A stretch of 64,000 bases of DNA from Gracilinanus agilis (GCF_016433145.1 NC_058131.1:401831938-401895937), one strand, 5' to 3'. Counted from the stretch's first letter, positions 1 to 20,358 are shown. Notes: generated by a model from the sequence alone, not told the origin. Translations and numbers: made by a program.

Positions 1-614
1 GTCACTGAAATCTATGTAGATTCTGTTTTTTCCCTCATCATGGAGAATTCATGAGGGATTTCACTAATGTGATTTCACCAATATGGGGATTCTTTTCACT
101 AACTCAGAAAATAATATCTCTATCATTACTAGAGAAGTTCTAGGGAGTAGTATGGAGACATATAGTGATTGCCTAAGATTTCCACGTCAAGCTCAGAGAC
201 TGGATTTGAACAAACGGTTTTTCCCACCTCTACATCTGGCATTCTAATCACTATGTGAAGGGGGCCTCATATTAAGTAAGTATATATTAAATATTTTAAG
301 ATATTATAATTCATTCAAATATTAGATCAGACGCAAACTTTAATGACATCCATCCTCATGCAACAACATTGTTTACTGGAGCAGTCTGGTAGAATTGAAA
401 GTTCCTTTTGATTGGGGAGTCAGATAATCATTGAATATATGGATTGAGTTGCCTTTTGCAATTTACTGAACTGCATCAAAGGAATTAGTCCCTAAAATAG
501 GTGGCAATGGTATTTGCTACTTATCTTTAGAAGAAAAAGATATTTTGTTCTTCAAGACAGAGGAGTTATACTATTCAAAAGTTATACTATATACTATGTT
601 ATACTCTTTGATAG

Positions 615-790
615 GATTATAAGATTCTTCACAGATTTGGAGCTAGAAGCAAACCTAGATATCAACTGGTTTTATAGCCTCACTTTATAAATGCACAAAT
701 TGAGATCCAATGAGGTAAAGGAATGCCCAGTATCACACAAATAGCAAATCATCGATCTCAGATGTGAAATTCGGGTCATTTGCTGCCTCG
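615..790 (-). mobile_element. Old MIR/MAR-family SINE fragment
   Basis: Degenerate MIR-like core (ttataaatgcacaaattgagatcc...cccagtatcacacaaatag); recognised by eye, boundaries approximate. Confidence 0.45.
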
Positions 791-2100
791 TTATATTTTG
801 CTAATTTTTTTCCCTCTTCTTCGATTCAGACAAATATAGATAATGTCACCAAATAGAGCCACTCCAGGAAAGTAAGAACATTAACTGATATTAAAATGGA
901 AATGTTTGGTTGAACTGAGTAGAGCCAGGTAAACAATTCACATGCTGATCAAAAGAGAGTAAAGCAAAACTGTTGGTGAATCTTGCTTACTCCCTCTTGG
1001 CAAAGAAGTGTTAGACTACAGATGTGGAATGAAGAATACATTTTTAGACAGCTAATATGCAGGTTTCCTTTCATTGGAATGTTACAATGAGCAAGTTTAC
1101 AGAGTAAAGATGAAGAATCATCAGGAAGTGACAGGAATTTTTTTAAAAAGAGCACCAATGAAACATCAAAAAATAACAAAATGCACAAATTATAGACAAA
1201 TACAGATAGAACCAATTAGAGTTAGAAATGCATACGTGCAAGTATTGAGAAAATTAAATTCTGAGGAATGTTGGGGTTGCTGGTCACAAGATCAGCCAAA
1301 AACCATTTAGAAACCATCAAAAGCAGCAGCAAGAAAGACTAAATAGAAAGCTAGTAATGGAGGGCACACACAAAAAATGGATGAAAAAGTCACAGACTTC
1401 AATTGGATCCAAAATGTACTAAAGAAGGGCTTGGAGCAAGTGGGGTAGGAACTGTATTTAAATGAAAAATAAGATAATTAGGACATTGCTAATCTGGAAG
1501 ACATAGGCTATTTCTTTATCTAATGATGGAGATGTTGGATTGGGTTTTAAGGTAACACTGATATTCTCCATTTCCAGTTTCATTTCTCCCCCACCACCAC
1601 CTTTATAGATGTAATAAGCTTCCTGGCTTGGTTCTTGAAGATTGCTGGAGGGAATGGAGCAATGTGTAGGTTCATCTATTTGAGTTTCAGAGTTTTTAGA
1701 AAGAAAAGGTCACGACTTGTAAAAGATAATAAAAAAATTATATTCCACAATATAGTGCTGTGATGTTTTAGATATAGAATGAGTGGGGTAACAAGTGATG
1801 AAGAATAGAGGTTAAGATGTCTATCGGAAGAGGAATAGAATCAGATCATGTCAATTAAAATAAATAAATATCTTAAGAGGGAGGGAGGAAGGAAGAAAAG
1901 ATGAGAGAGAAAGAGAATTTGGAATTAAATTGTTTTTAAATGTTAAAAAATATTTTTACAAGTATCTGAGAAAAAGCAAAATACTTAAAAAAGAAAAACA
2001 AGATCAAATCAGCTAAAATTTTATGTTTGATTTGCCATTACAGTTCTTCCAGATCATACTCTAATTAGACCTTTAAACTCCTTTTCACTTCTTTTATGAA

Positions 2101-2210
2101 TGTCTTTGGGAGTCACTTTACCTTTCCAGGTTTTAGTTTCCTCATCTGTAAAATGAAGAAGTTGGATGAAATTACCTATGAGGACCCTTCCAGCTTTGCA
2201 ACTTTGATCT
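2101..2210 (+). mobile_element. MIR SINE core fragment
   Basis: agtcactttacc...tttagtttcctcatctgtaaaatgaagaagttgga...cccttccagct matches the MIR core. Confidence 0.7.
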
Positions 2211-3489
2211 TATCATACTGTTTGTATCATTTAATATAATCATAAGTGTACATATTATTCACCTTTATCATGTTTATCTTTGTGTCTTCTTTAGTGGCAA
2301 GCACAGTGGAATTTACTGAAGAAGTGCCTAAACATGTTTTTAAATAAATAATATGATTCTGTTATGTATGGATTCATCATTTAGCGATAAATCAGCAAGT
2401 TAATTTAGCCACAGTAACTATTTTTCCTGTTTTCTCTTCTGCACCCCCACCAAAAGGACCACACAATTTTAATTTGATTTGCAGAGCAAGTAGAAGGCAA
2501 ATTATTCTTTGAGAATGGGAATTTTGTTTATACTTGAAGATGATTGTTTCAGGCATGCATATGATAGGTTTCTAGAATAAACTCAAAAGAGGACAGGTAG
2601 AAAGGCTGATTGAGAGAATCTTAAAGTACCCTATACATGATGTGACTATGTTATGTCTATGATATTGGAAAAGAAACAATTCACAAAATTATTACATTAC
2701 AAAACAAATAGCAATGGAATGAAAGAAAATAATAGAAAATAGTTCTTGTATTGGAGAATTTGTGAAACTGATATAAATAGTATTATTATCTTATTTATAT
2801 TATTCTTAATATCACTACTAGGAATGATGAGGAAAGTTCTGTTTTGTTATATGCATTAACCCTCACTTCTTTTTTGGAGGGCCTTCCAATTTTTTTCTTT
2901 AGAAATGCAATTAATAATACATAAGAACCAAATGCAGCACATTGGAAATAAAATCTTTAAGATAACATTAATATTTTAAACCACAACCATTCCTTTAAAT
3001 ATCTTCCATCTCTTAAAAGCTATAACATAAAAGACAATTATTCTAGACTGAGCCAAAAGATCATTACTGAAACGTTTATTCTCAACATTTCTTTTTTCCC
3101 CTTCTAAATGCAATTTTTTCTGTGACTTATTCTTGGCATTCTGTGTAGTACATTAAAGTTAAAGCATTTAAATACTCATTATTTGACTGATGGCTAGAGA
3201 TGACTACACATTGTACTTCCAAAAATTACCCATTAGGTATGTTAGAATCTAAAAAAAAACATTTTAAATTATACATTTAAGAAATAACTCCACAAAAGTA
3301 AAATATGCTTTCAAAAAAGAGGACACATAATCAATAGTAATTATAACAGAGGTGTATAGACTATGTGGGAACAAATTTATACTATGGAAATTGTCACATA
3401 CTCTTCTCCATCTGACTCTGGAAAACACATGAAGCAAGATAAACTCTCACTATTTTCCTTTCTTCTCTACATCAATCTTGGAAAGCACT

Positions 3490-5872
3490 TTAATTCCCCT
3501 TGGGGAATATTTCACTGTTCTCCAGTTGAGGTGGAAGACTAGAGTTAATAAGCTTGAGGAATTTGAATTCACTATTACCAGAAACCAGATGCTAAACACA
3601 TGTCATATTTATATGTCTGAAAGAGTGTCCTGGTGCCAGTAATATCCACCAAATTTCTTGGAAAACTATTGGCATCACCAAAATAATAATGGGATCTCTC
3701 TTTTAGCTGTTTCCTCTTATACACATCGATAACTCTGAAGATTGTGATGGATACCAGAAAGAGAAAGGATATTAAAGTCAATGAAATAATTAAATACATA
3801 GTTAATGTGCCATCATACTTTTCTTCTTCAGTGGAATGTGGGACATGCCTATGAGATTCTGAAAAGCCATCTACAAGAAGAAAATCTAGAGCTGTAGAAG
3901 TAGAGAGCATTGGGATGCCATTGTCTCTCACAAGGATAATGAGCTTCTGCTTGATAGCATCTCTGTCACTGATGGACTTGGCAGTTCGAACTTCTCCATT
4001 ATGGGACCACACAGTGAACAACCCAGGGTCTGTGGCCTTGAGCAATTGGTAGGAAAGCCAGGAATTCTGACCTGAGTCTTTTATCTACTGCCACCACTTT
4101 AGTAACCAAGTAATCTTCTTCAGCTGTTCTGGGGACCAGTTCACTGTAGAAAGCAGAATGGTTCCACATAGGATATAAAATAACTGGGGCATTGTCATTT
4201 TCATCCACAATTACAACATATATTGTGACATTGGTGCTCAAGGAAGGGGACCCTGAATCTGATGCTTGCACAGTCACTTTGAAGTCTTTGATTTCTTCAT
4301 AATCAAGGGTCTTCAGAATGTATATGTGCCCATTTTCTGAGTTGATGGAAATTAATGGGGATGAAAAGAGAGAACTTTTGTTTTCAGGCCAGATAGAATA
4401 AGTCACTTTAGCATTCTGCCCTGAATCTGAATCAGTAGCGTTTACCCCTCCAATAGGGAAGGGCTGTTGTTTTCAGTTACATACATAGTGTAGGAAGATT
4501 GATTGAAAAGAGGGAGATAATCCTAGATATCTAATATTTTCACTGTGACAGTCTCCCAAGCTGAGAGATGTGGAGACCCTGAGTCTACAGCAGTGACTGT
4601 TATGTTGTAGCTAGCAACCCTTTCTCAATCCAAGGCTGCATCTGTCACTAGCTCATAGTAATTACTGAAAGTCGGTTTCAAGGTGAAGGGAATGCCATTG
4701 GGAATGGAGCAAGTTGTTCTCCCGTGGTCCCCAGAGTCCCAGTAACGGATGCTAAAAAGAGCCACTACTGTTCCTGGTAAAGAGTCTTCAGGGAGAAGGG
4801 TGGAAAGAGGCGTCACTGTCACCTTAGAAGGGTTGTCATTCACGTCCACAAGGACTTTGCAGTGAGAGGATAGCCCTCCTCCATCAGTTGCTCAAACACT
4901 CAGTTCATATTTCAGTCGTTTCAAAGTCCAGGGGTTTGGAAATTCGAATTTCCCCCTCAGAGGGTCAATATGGAAAGCACGATAACTTTTACCAGCATTT
5001 TGACTGAAAGAGTAAGCCACTTCTCCATTACTACCTTATCCGAGTCAGCTGCAAATGTGGTGCTCACTACAGAACCTGCTGGACTTTTCTGCAACAGTAG
5101 CTCAGTGCAGAGACTGAAAGAACACTGGGGCATTGTCATTTGCGTCCAGAACAATGATGTGGATGCTGGCAGTCCCGACTCGGGGTGGGATTCCACCAAA
5201 CACTGAGGTGAGCAAGAACTCGAGTTCCAGCTGCTTCTCGCGATCCAAAGACTTTGCCAGGAGCAGCTCCGGTACTCGCTGCCATCACTGAGCTCCCGGA
5301 TATACAAAATGAAGAATTCGTTTGGTGGAGTGAGCTGGGGAGCGTAGTTTGGTGTAGTTCTGGAGAGTATTATTCCCCGCGTTTAAATCCTGGGCACTTT
5401 CCAATGGGAAGCGAGTTCCAATGGTAGTCGATTCAGGGATCTTTAAAATGAACTTATCCTCTAGAAACTGAGGCGAGTGATTATTGACATCAAAAATGGC
5501 CACCTCAGCCTGGAAGAACTTCAATGGATTTTGATATCAGCAGCAATAATTCAAAATGGATGATACACTTGTCCATCTGGGCACATATTCCTTCCCGGTC
5601 TATTCTATCCTTTGTGACCAGTTCCTCTGTTTTCAAGTCCAATAGAAAATGTCCCTTGAGACCGTCTGCAACTAGCCGAGCATGCCGAGAAGACAGAGCT
5701 TTCACATCCAGCCCCACGTCCTTGGCAAAATTAGCCACGAAGAAGCCGATCGCTATTTCTTCAGCTACAGAATAGCGAGTGCTTTTACCAGCCATACAGA
5801 ACCCCCACCCCCCAAAAGAAAAGTATAGACAAAGAAAACTTGCTGGGTCATTTCCCGCGGCGCCAGCGCCAT
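3490..5872 (-). pseudogene. Divergent protocadherin-beta-like pseudogene (signal peptide, EC1-EC6, TM, tail) with many frameshifts and stops
   Basis: ATG at 5872 (MALAPREMTQQVFF). Cadherin motifs run across ORF fragments 5505-6014, 5285-5524, 4957-5307, 4625-4849, 3999-4406 and 3575-4045. In-frame TGA at Arg positions 5102-5104, 4892-4894 and 4625-4627. Shifted-frame tail SGNSEFKFLKLINSSLPPQLENSEIFPKGN ends at TAA 3490-3492. Confidence 0.92.
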
Positions 5873-6127
5873 GACTGGTTCCTGTTCTCCACACCAAAAG
5901 ATCACTAAAGATAGCGTTGCTGTGGTGGTGGCTCCAAATCGGAAATACTGAGGAATAAGCACCAGACTCCACTGCTCGGATTCTAGCTGCGACGTTTCCA
6001 GTAGCAGAGACCAATATTTAGGAAGATCCAGAAAGAACCTTCCAGATACGACTGCTTTTCAGAAAGGAAGTCTGACAAGAGGACTGAATATTTTGCTCTG
6101 GGATTTTCCTTTCGTCTCCATGGCCGA

Positions 6128-6144
6128 CATCGCCATCAAGTGTC
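6128..6144 (-). promoter_or_regulatory. Degenerate CSE (CGCT box mutated to CGAT)
   Basis: Plus-strand catcgccatcaagtgtc versus intact cagcgccaccaagtgtc; 256 bp upstream of ATG 5872. Confidence 0.7.
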
Positions 6145-7230
6145 TCAATCAAATAATGCAAAAATTGCTCAATCCAGTTAAAAACAGTAAAACCTGTATA
6201 TTCTTGCGAAATGGATGTTCTCTAGTGCGTGCTTTAGGAGAGGTAAACAAATTCAAATATACATAGTTTCTTTGATAAGTATAAAATAATTTTTAAGAGT
6301 AGAGAAGTAATGGGAAAAATAAGGATAAATGTAAAAGAAAATAACCATCCAAAGAATAGTCCAACACTCCTCATTTTATCCTACAAAATAACCACAACTC
6401 CATAGATATAATTTTGATTTTTTTTATCTGCTTGTGTTGTCTCAGTGACTTCCAAAGGAATGTGGAATCAAGGACCTAAAACTTCAGAGGGACAGGAAAC
6501 AGTTTATAAAGTATATGAGACTGTTGAAACTGCTGAGGATACTCTTCTGGGTTTAATAAAGTTACCCTACCAGTATGTCATTCTTCAATGGTAGATTGAG
6601 GGGAAAGGAGATATTATGGTTCACATGAATTTTCTCATTTGGTATATAGAGCAAATTCATCAGAGAACCAAATAAAATAATTACATTGAGAAGAGAATGG
6701 TTTAAGAAGTTCTAGAAAAAAAGAGGAGGGATCCCCCAACCCCAACCTCCTGAACATCTTTTACCTCAGGGTACATAATACAAGTGAAAATAATTACCTT
6801 GTAAAATGACTACAAAACTCATGGGATTAAAAATTTTTAAGCTGTACATAATCGAACTCATTCAAAGGTTAGTAAAAAAGGCCTAAAAAGAAACTGGGTA
6901 GTCTCATAACATGATTACTAACTATACAAAATGTACTTTACTGAGGGTAAATTTGGCTATAGATAGGAGAAGTAGATTTTAAGGAATACTACTTACAAAA
7001 TTCTTTACAAGTAATGCAATGGAAGAACATATTCTGAAGGACATCCTCAATTTTTATTATACAAAATTGGGAAAGAACATTTAAATTTCGGAAAACAAAT
7101 GGATAAATTAGATACATTAGCATTTAAAATCAAGAACAAATCCTAAAATGTATTTAAAGTCTCATTCAGAAACAGAGAAAAAAGAAGTAGTCTTGATAGA
7201 ATTAATATCTATTAGGGGAAATTTTCACCT

Positions 7231-9693
<2,463 letters not shown>

Positions 9694-9850
9694 TCACATT
9701 AGCCAGGTTCTAATTCTGCTGGTGAGCAGCAGAGGAACCAGGCTTGTATTCTTTCTCAACTCCAGCTATTGCTATCTCCACCTTTGCCTTTGTTTCGTTC
9801 TCCCAGTCTGTTTCACCGTGAATTACGTAGGCAGAGCCATAGAGTCTCCT

Positions 9851-9877
9851 TCTTAGCCTGCAGCGCCACCAAGTGTC
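9851..9877 (-). promoter_or_regulatory. Clustered-PCDH promoter CSE / CGCT box (CTCF site)
   Basis: tcttagcctgcagcgccaccaagtgtc, 240 bp upstream of the ATG; the same motif recurs before each long-ORF gene. Confidence 0.88.
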
Positions 9878-10120
9878 GCTTCTAAAAGTTGAAACGGTGA
9901 TGGTGTTATTGTTTTATTTTGCAAAGTATGTTAAATATTTGATTGTTGCAACCGTTGTTACCCAATGCTTTTAGAGTATGCTTTGCTATCCAGGATATAA
10001 AGCTTCATTCACGTATGGTATACGGGAGTTGGAAAGAGCTCTATAGACTGATGTGGAGAAATGATAAGACCTATCAGTCACCTCGTTGTGGTATATGTCC
10101 CTTGGTTGTGGATGTGTTGA

Positions 10121-10145
10121 AGACAGAGAGAGAGAGACATAGAGA

Positions 10146-10185
<40 letters not shown>

Positions 10186-10290
10186 CAGAGAGACAGAGAC
10201 AGAGAGAGACGGAGAGATAGATAGACACAGAGAGACACAGGCAGACAGAAAGACAGACAGAATCAGAGAATGAGAGTGAGAGAGAAGAAA
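10121..10290. repeat. (AG)n/(AGAGAC)n compound microsatellite
   Basis: Directly visible purine-rich tandem repeat. Confidence 0.95.
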
Positions 10291-10639
10291 AAAGGAGAAA
10301 AAAATTTAAAGTGTAGCATTAGGGAAAGAACATCATAAAATAATTTTAACCACTTTCAAAACAAGGAAGAGGAATTTGCAAGTGCACGTAGGTTCAAGGG
10401 ATACAAATGTATTTAAACTCTACAGAAAAATTTCAGAATACATTTGGAGACAGAACTATTTTAGGTTGTATCATGGAGGGGGCACTTAACTTACTACTAA
10501 GTTCTGGTTTAAGAAAATTGTCCTGCCACACTGAAATAGTCCTGAGAGAAGGAAAAAACACAGATAATATGAGGACTCAGAAAATTACATTTTTTTAATC
10601 AAGCCAATTCCTATTTTTCCAGTCATTTTGTTAATACAC

Positions 10640-11420
10640 TTGAGTATTGGAAATCATCAAAGGCATCTGTTTATTTCTATATATGAAACTTGGATCTAAT
10701 CTAAACAAATGTCTTATATATGCCAAAATATTCATAGCAAAACCAACTTTGCAGAAGCAAAGAAGGTGTTCATTGACTATGAAATAGTTGAACAAATGTG
10801 GTATATTAATGCAATGAATAATATTAAGCTGTAAGAAAAAATAAAAGATGAAAATCAGAAACATGGGAAGACAAGAATGAACTGATGCAAAGGAAAGGGA
10901 ACAAAGACAATAATATAAACAGGAACTACAAGGGGCAGCTGGGTAGCTCAGTGGATTGAGAGTCAGGCCTAGAGACAGGAGGTCCTAGGTTCAAATCTGA
11001 CCTCAGACACTTCCTAGCTGTGTGACCCTGGGCAAGTCACTTGACCCCCATTGCCCACCCTTACCACTCTTCCACCTAGGAGCCAATACACAGAAGTTAA
11101 GGGTTTTAAAAAAAAGGAACTACAAGAATTTAAATGAAAACAACACTAAAAGACACTTAAATTATTATTAGGATTAAGAACTTAAGTGAAAACAACACTG
11201 AGATACATTAGTATAAGTTAAATGCAGCAACCCAGCTTGCCTCTAGAGTATATGATGAAGCACAATTCCCTCTTCTCAGTAGAAAGGGGTTGAATTAAGG
11301 TGCGAAACCTTTGCATTCTCAGTCAGATGGAGTCATTGTGATGTTTCCTTTTAATTAATTATTTTTATCTGTAATAAAGGATTGTTCTTTGTGCAGGAGG
11401 GGGGAATATTGGCAAATGAC
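10640..11420 (+). mobile_element. Old L1 3'-end fragment interrupted by a SINE
   Basis: caaaatattcatagca...aacaaatgtggtatattaatgcaatgaata... resembles the marsupial L1 3' region and resumes after 11126. Confidence 0.6.
10933..11114 (+). mobile_element. SINE1_Mdo-type tRNA-derived SINE
   Basis: A box tagctcagtgg, B box ggttcaaat, A tail; 12-bp TSD aggaactacaag at 10921-10932 and 11115-11126. Confidence 0.93.
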
Positions 11421-12220
11421 CATTATATAAAATGTCAAAAGCACAAATTAAATATTAAAAATATTTAATAAGTGTACCTCTAAAAACTTCTAATGGATAT
11501 TCCAAGCATTTTTGGATATGAGCTATACACATAAAAACCCTCTTTAAAATATTTGATGAAAAATTTCTAGGTTGCTTAACTACATATCTGTTTCTTTTAT
11601 TAACAATTATTTCAGTTGGTGTATGATATTAATTTTCAATCAAGCATATGATCATTTTATTTCTAAAATGTCACACAGAAGTGAATATGTAGTTATTTGC
11701 CAAGAGAAACTTCCAAACCTTGGTGGGGGGTGGGAATGTTTGTTAAAAAACAACAACTCTGTAAAGCAAAGCACTGCATTTACTTATATTAAAGCACTAT
11801 GGAAAGAGAATATGAAATTTTGAAGTACAGACAATAAAAAATATTTTCCTAAGTCCTGATAACTCAAGAGCATTTAGCATGTGCATTATACTCATCTTCA
11901 TTGTTTCTGTAAAGGTTCAGGTTAGAACAATTAGAGTATTCTTAGGGGCTCCGGGTGGGTTAGGGATCAAACATGTACCACTATTTTACAAATCAAAATC
12001 AAACAAAATTCTGTCCTCTGACTTCAAAACGATGATAATATAAATGAAGGCAATATATAAGTATCCAAATGACTGCAATGCCCAACCTGCAGAAGTGAAA
12101 AAGTTTCAATGATTAGCATATTCAATAACTCTCTAATAATTTTGGGAATAAAGGACTACTGGGGCAATGTCCATAGCAAATAAAAAAAAATCACATGTAC
12201 ATTGTCATCACTACATATCT

Positions 12221-14609
<2,389 letters not shown>

Positions 14610-14800
14610 TGCTGCAGTGGGGTACAAACTGCGCAATCCTAATAGTAGAAAATTGCTCGAACAATCAAATCTGGCTTCCTGGTCTAAATTACTGTGAAGG
14701 GTTTATATGTACATCCAGATAAGAATGACGAATATTTCTTTAGCCCCAGCTATGGCTTACAATACGTTCCTTTCCGGGGAGTGTCTTGTATTTTATTCTC

Positions 14801-14830
14801 CTTCTTAGTCTACATCGCCACCATGCGTCC
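14801..14830 (-). promoter_or_regulatory. CSE variant (CGCT to CGAT)
   Basis: cttcttagtctacatcgccaccatgcgtcc, 204 bp upstream of ATG 14609. Confidence 0.8.
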
Positions 14831-14919
14831 TTATGGACAAATTACCCTTTAAATCCATTTCAGTACGAAAATACCCTTTTTAGGTGAAAACATGATGACA
14901 AAAATCGATAACATTTGCA

Positions 14920-15115
14920 TGCAGCTTTTAGAGCTTACAAATTGGTTTTATATATGTGTACTCAGTTAATCTTTATAACCTTGTGAGGTGGATGTTACAT
15001 TTTAAAGATGAAGACACTGATGAGAGATCAGATGAATTGTCCAGAGTCACACAGCCAGTAAGTGTCTGAGGTTGGATCCCAAATCAAATCTTCCTGATAA
15101 GTCCTGTACACTATT
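14920..15115 (-). mobile_element. MIR/MAR SINE fragment
   Basis: ttttaaagatgaagacactga...ttgtccagagtcacacagccagtaagtgtctgag is a reverse MIR core. Confidence 0.65.
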
Positions 15116-15935
15116 TATGCCTTTACCTAGTTGTTTATAATCCACCTTAGTATGGTACTTATGAAAACCAAAAAATTATTTTGTCTTCCCCACATAATTA
15201 TTAATCAAGGATAGAGAAAACATTGTTCACTCTTGTCAGGGACTATTCATAGATACAATGACTGTTAACCTTAAAAAAAGCCAAAGCTTAAATCTATAGT
15301 TAATGATTTCGCTTCAATATCAAAATATTTTCACTCTATTTCATAATTTTTGACATTACAAGAAGCAAACATTTTGTGAAAACTTGTGGTCTACAAGGTT
15401 ACATCCTCAACCATCCCTATTTTGGGGCTTTCATTAGTTTCCATAAAAAGCCTAAATGGTATTTACCTTATAACTTGCTCTTTTGGAAGACATACCAATT
15501 CTTGAATTCAGGCCCAGAATATCTTAATAAAATAAAATTATCATCATAAAATCATAAAATATTAGGGGTGTATGAATCCTCATTGAGATATCATTCTTTA
15601 TTTTACAAGTGGTAAAATTGAAGCCAAAAGAAGGGACATTACCTACTTCACATATTAGAGTATTAGATGGGTCATGTTGTGTTAAAAAGAAAAGGAACAA
15701 ATTTGTAATTAAAAGAATAATACATTTCAATCAAACTGAAGTTTTATTTATTGAGTTAATCAATTCAGTTCCTTATTTACTTTCTTGGATTTCATAATAT
15801 CTTTTCATTTCATAAATCTATTTCATTACATTTCCCATGTAGTTTCTGGTAGCTCATTGTTGAGAACAATTCGTGTAGCCAGAAATCGGAATTATACCAT
15901 TTATTTACATAGAAAAGGATGAAAATAAAGAGGAG

Positions 15936-16128
15936 TGGGGTAGCTAGGTGGTTCAATGGATAGAGAACCAGGCCTATAAACAGGAGATCCTAAATTCAAA
16001 TTTGGCTTCAGACATATCCTAGCTATGTCACCTTGGGTAAGTCACTTAACCCCAAATACCTAGTCCTTACCAATTCTCTACCTTGGAACCTTAGTACTTA
16101 CTGATTCTAAGAGAAGGTAAGGATCAAA
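15936..16128 (+). mobile_element. Older opossum tRNA-derived SINE
   Basis: ggggtagctaggtggttcaatgg head and A tail; degenerate TSD aaaataaag(a/t)ggag at 15922-15935 and 16129-16142. Confidence 0.85.
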
Positions 16129-17701
16129 AAAATAAAGTGGAGAGTTGTCCATTTACACAGTGAATTTTCCTAAAATGAATAGCAAATATAGATTAATAAA
16201 ACACAGATAGAGAGAATCCATATGTGCATGAGATCTGAATGGATGGTAAAGGTGAAAATTTTACTAAGGATGATAATTTTGCTATGTGCAAACAAAATTT
16301 GTTATTTTACTTAATTTGACTCAAATTCAATTATTTAATGGAGATTAAGCAAACTTACTTTCATTTTTCCAAGTTAATTCAGATTTCCTCCATATTGGTC
16401 TGTCTATATTACTTAGCTCATAATTTAATTTGACAGATTATAAATACAGGGAAAAAATGACTTATTTGGAGAACAAATGGGATTTTGATACATATAGTAG
16501 AAAAGAGTTATTTCAATAAAAAGGTACTATCAATACTAGGAAAACAATCCATAAGGATGATTGTTGAAATTATAAAAAACAATTTTGAAAATTAAAGCTT
16601 TTTCTAAATTAAGTACATTGGAACTGGAGAGCCACCAAATGATGCTTAGATCATTGCTAGGTTGAGCTGGAAAATCATCATTAAAAATTATGGCTGAAAT
16701 AGATATGGTACAATGCTCGGATAAGGACACACAATGTGCCAAAAAAGATTCAACAATATCCAGCTTCATAAATATTTATTGAATTTCCATAATGTACACT
16801 TAGCAGTATTGTGAACTAAGTAACAACTTTATATCTATATTGTGTCTATATTAAATATACACATTTATTGGCAATTAAAAAAAACAGGAAATGCTAAAAG
16901 TATTTCAACTCTAGTGACAAGAATAAGGAAAGGGAATGCTAAGATAGGATAAAAAGTATAGAGATTATTGTGGGACAAATACAAAAGATCACATTTTCAT
17001 AACAAAGTGAAGGGAAGACAGACTCTTAGCATGTAACTTGACTCTGATGACATGAAATATGTTGATTTATCAATGGCCAATAGTTTATTGACATAAATTT
17101 ACTGATCATCTGGGTTTGTCACTTCGAATTTCCTATCTGGATATAGCCTTGACTTAGGGTACATTTAAAAAGAGAAATAGAAGGTTTTAAAATGCTGTTA
17201 TTTCATTAGAAGAATGCTAAAAGAGGGTTTTAGGCAAGTATCCCTTAAACTTATTACACAATACATTTCTTTTTCTTGTAAAGGTAACATTTGGAAATTT
17301 CTTTGAATAATAATCATACTTAAATATATGTAGCTTTTCCAAGAAAATTAAATATTTCAAACATTTGAGAGTGAAAATAATTCAATCTCCAATTTTACCC
17401 TTTGTGTTTGAATATCATTGATATTAATTACATGCAGAAAAGAATGTAGCACAATATAAATTCAATTTATAAACTAGTTTATATTCTTCCTTAAACTAAG
17501 ATTGTTGGCAACAAATATTTAAGATGGTTAATTAGCTTTGTAGCCCTGTAATAAGAACGAATGAGGTAGAAACCCATCCCTAATTATGTAAAAAAAATCA
17601 AATATATGTGAACATACAGATGCATTAAATTGACTAAGTAAAGAAACACGATAGAAATGGATTTACAAAATGAACACGTAGAATCTCATTTTGGTAAATA
17701 T

Positions 17702-20107
<2,406 letters not shown>

Positions 20108-20330
20108 TCAAGCAATTAGAACCTAGCTCAGCTTTCAGCTGCACCCCAAAGTCACACCACAACAATTCGCCAGACTAAAACCTCCGAAATGTAAAGACGA
20201 TATGCCTTTCAGCTTCGCTATCCTCTTTCCAGCTCTGGCTAACAGCGTATGTCCTGTCAGTAGTATCTATGGCTGCCTGTATTTCAACCTATTTGAACTG
20301 GCAACTGAAATCCATTTTTTTGTCTTCTTC

Positions 20331-20358
20331 TTCATAGTCTGCAGCGCCACCACGTGTT
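20331..20358 (-). promoter_or_regulatory. CSE / CGCT box
   Basis: ttcatagtctgcagcgccaccacgtgtt, 256 bp upstream of the ATG. Confidence 0.87.

Noticed and set aside
1-3489. SLC25A2, TAF7 or gamma-cluster sequence expected downstream of beta in eutherians
   Set aside because: No recognisable coding remnants; the region looks like AT-rich DNA with old repeats. A possible L2-like stretch at 1400-1900 was too degenerate to call
3490-5872. Naming the divergent pseudogene PCDHB1
   Set aside because: Motif similarity is partial and its downstream position conflicts with PCDHB1 synteny; a phylogeny is needed
9943-10228. ORFs with RD/RE or LS/LC repeats
   Set aside because: Translations of the GA microsatellite
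10933-11010. tRNA-like A and B boxes
   Set aside because: They are SINE heads with tails and TSDs, not tRNA genes
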